Shown here: one piece after another, positions 61,908 through 64,000 of the stretch | How the letters are laid out: every line of letters starts with the position of its first letter | Position numbering within the stretch: the stretch's first letter is position 1 | NCBI GenBank assembly: GCA_046563655.1 | Contig: CM102286.1 | Location: forward strand, 1,922,001 to 1,986,000 | Direction: 5' to 3' | DNA length: 64,000 nucleotides | Source: Yuukianura sp. NJ FZ-2021 | Lineage: Eukaryota | Notes under the pieces: model-generated | Told to the model about the DNA's origin: nothing | Databases searched by the model: none | Seen by the model: only the letters and a program-made list of their open reading frames with translations | Position numbers and translations under genes: made by a program

Positions 61908-62414
61908 TACAACAACTATACCATTTGATACCGTAAAGACATCGAGTCACGGGTTTACGACAATATTAGGAATGTTATGATTAGGAATCTGTTGCAAACA
62001 ATTACGATTAATTTTCCTATTAATTAAATGTTAAATCGTAACCCCCAGATAATGGATTAAAAGTAACGTGTACACCGCATAACTTACTGACCTCATTTGT
62101 CGAAACTTTTGAACGATTTTGGCGGTAAAGTTCTTAGTTCATGATTGAATTTGAGGATTTGTTTTGATTGTTCTCTTCATTTGTTTCATTTTTTTTTAGA
62201 AAATCAAACAAGTCGGTGAGTCAAGTCTCAAGTGGAGGACTGTTTCAATCGTACACGTTGAACACCACTGGAAAATCGTCGTCAAATAGCTCAACGAACG
62301 CATCAATCTCTGTTTTTTGGGTAAGCCTACGCGACGGCCCGGCATTTTGTAAAATTACTTTCACGAGATGTCTACCGTTTTCAGTCTAACAACTTGTTTG
62401 TCTTATTTTTCAGA

Positions 62415-63384
62415 ATGGACGGAAGAGAGAGCGATGACGATGACATTCCCCAACTTTCTGATGCAGCACTTGCAGCACTTCGGGAATTAAGCCTTTTAGC
62501 AGAGTGCCAAACCATCACTGATCCAGATAGTATTTCTGAACTAAAAGGCGGTGGTCTTATAAGTCCATACGATACTGATATGGATAAAATGTTTCCAGAA
62601 AATTGGGTAAGGAATTCGTAAGTCGCTTCCTCGAACAAATCTTTTAGCATTTAGCAATAATCACCGTTTAATTCGTTACAGCAAATGAGTCAATTCTGGT
62701 ACGATGATGCCACGTCTGAAACTTTAGCAGAGGTTGTCGGGAGAGCCAGTGATTCATTTGAAAAGAAGGTTGCTTGCATCAGTTGTCCTTCTGTGTTTCG
62801 GGCGATTGGTGACTGCTCAGAGTCCCAATCAGGTATAAGCTCAACTATAGATATTTACGCTCGGTTTGAACTGCTAACCTGTAATTCTCTCTCATTTTCA
62901 GTGCATCTTTATGAATATGATCGTCGTTTTGCAAGATTTGGAGAGGCATACTTTTTCTATGACTACAATTTTCCTGAAGAAATTGGAGCAGACTACATAG
63001 GATTCTACGACATTGTCATTGCAGATCCGCCATTTCTGTCTGAAGAGTGTTTAGAAAAAGTATCGATCACGGTAAAGAAGATGCTCAAACCAGGAGGCAA
63101 AATCATCCTATGCACAGGTAATCGTTTCCGAATAACGTCAAAACACATAATCCATTTACATCAATCAACCTTAAGCTAAACCAAAGTCATATTTAGGAGC
63201 TGTAATGGAAGAAAAAGCTGCAGAATTCCTGGGATTACACAGAACGTCATTCATTCCAACCCATCAGAAGAACCTGGGCAACACTTTTGCCTGTTTTACC
63301 AATTTCCCGCTTGATCTGGAACAATCGACATCGACATGTGGATGTGAAAAAGTTGAATTGACTGACGATAATACTAAAAAATAG
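62415..63384 (+). CDS. EEF1AKMT1: EEF1A lysine methyltransferase 1 (N6AMT2), 4 exons
   Basis: DDDDIPQLSDAALAAL, ENWQMSQFWY, ACISCPS, EYDRRF, FYDYNFP, IADPPFLSEECL, ILCTGAVM and PTHQKNLGNTFACFTNF. Confidence 0.93.
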
Positions 63385-64000
63385 TGGCATTGACTACGAA
63401 TAAATTGGCAACTGGAACATTTGAAGCTGTCGGAAGATCTGTTCTCGACCTTGTCCTTGGACAATGGTCAATTCGCTCATACGTGACCCACTAAACTTTT
63501 ATGTAATCCATTTCTATATTTCTTTTTACCCGATTTTCAGATCTGTCGAGTGCACTTTCATGCAGGTCCGTCGCTTATTGTATTGGTGCACTTCAAAGAA
63601 ATTGGTTTTCAAAGGACAAATCCCGCTTTTAGAAAAAAGTTGAGCCTAAATTCAAGGTTAAAAGCAGAGTTTCTATTCTAACCGGCGTTTTAGGCAACAC
63701 GGCTAAGCTTAACAAGAGATTTCGGTTTTTCGTGTTTTTTTTTAAAAACCTGATCTAAGCCTTGTTGTCTTTTTTAAAAAACGGGATTTCGGGTGACCAT
63801 GATTGATCGTGGACGGAATTGTTTGACGGATTAACTGTCACCTACCTTTCAATTTTGAGGTAAACTAAAACTGATCTCCTTTGTTCACACAAAGTTCGTC
63901 TTCCATCTAAAATCATGAACGTTTACTGTACCAAAGTGATTCGGAAATTGCATTTTTGCATAAGGTTTTTGCACTCTTTTTGATTTTGTGTTAGGTTAGG

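Noticed and set aside
63991..64000. TTAGG repeats as a telomere
   Set aside because: There are only two units, and similar short TTAGG runs are scattered internally (about 22824, 27469, 28708, 47318).

Overview
Eukaryotic, AT-rich, gene-dense DNA with short GT-AG introns (mostly 50-100 nt). It looks like a compact arthropod genome, possibly a springtail-like hexapod, but the species cannot be determined here. Genes in order: par-1/MARK 5' end (-), MOB3 (-), WDR74 (-), two tandem CENP-E-like kinesin-7 copies (+), calmodulin (+), proteasome alpha-6/PSMA6 (-), EXT2 (+), a ZAD-like C2H2 zinc-finger gene (-), BCKDHA (+), ATP synthase subunit s (-), an orphan PH-like gene (-), PP5 (+, hosting two box C/D snoRNAs), ERR (+), PIG-H (+) and EEF1AKMT1 (+). 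Many non-autonomous DNA transposons with readable TIRs and TSDs are present. The most unusual region is 5.9-18.6 kb. There, a duplicated kinesin-7 keeps an intact motor with mostly synonymous changes. It has lost a putative Aurora-site segment, duplicated 139 aa internally and lost its tail, and it now abuts two orphan in-phase C2H2 zinc-finger exons, so it may be a kinesin-zinc-finger chimera. The full-length copy carries a long array of LC8-like beta-strand motifs. Calmodulin has a 6.4-kb last intron with several candidate alternative terminal exons. All gene models were read by eye and no database searches were run.
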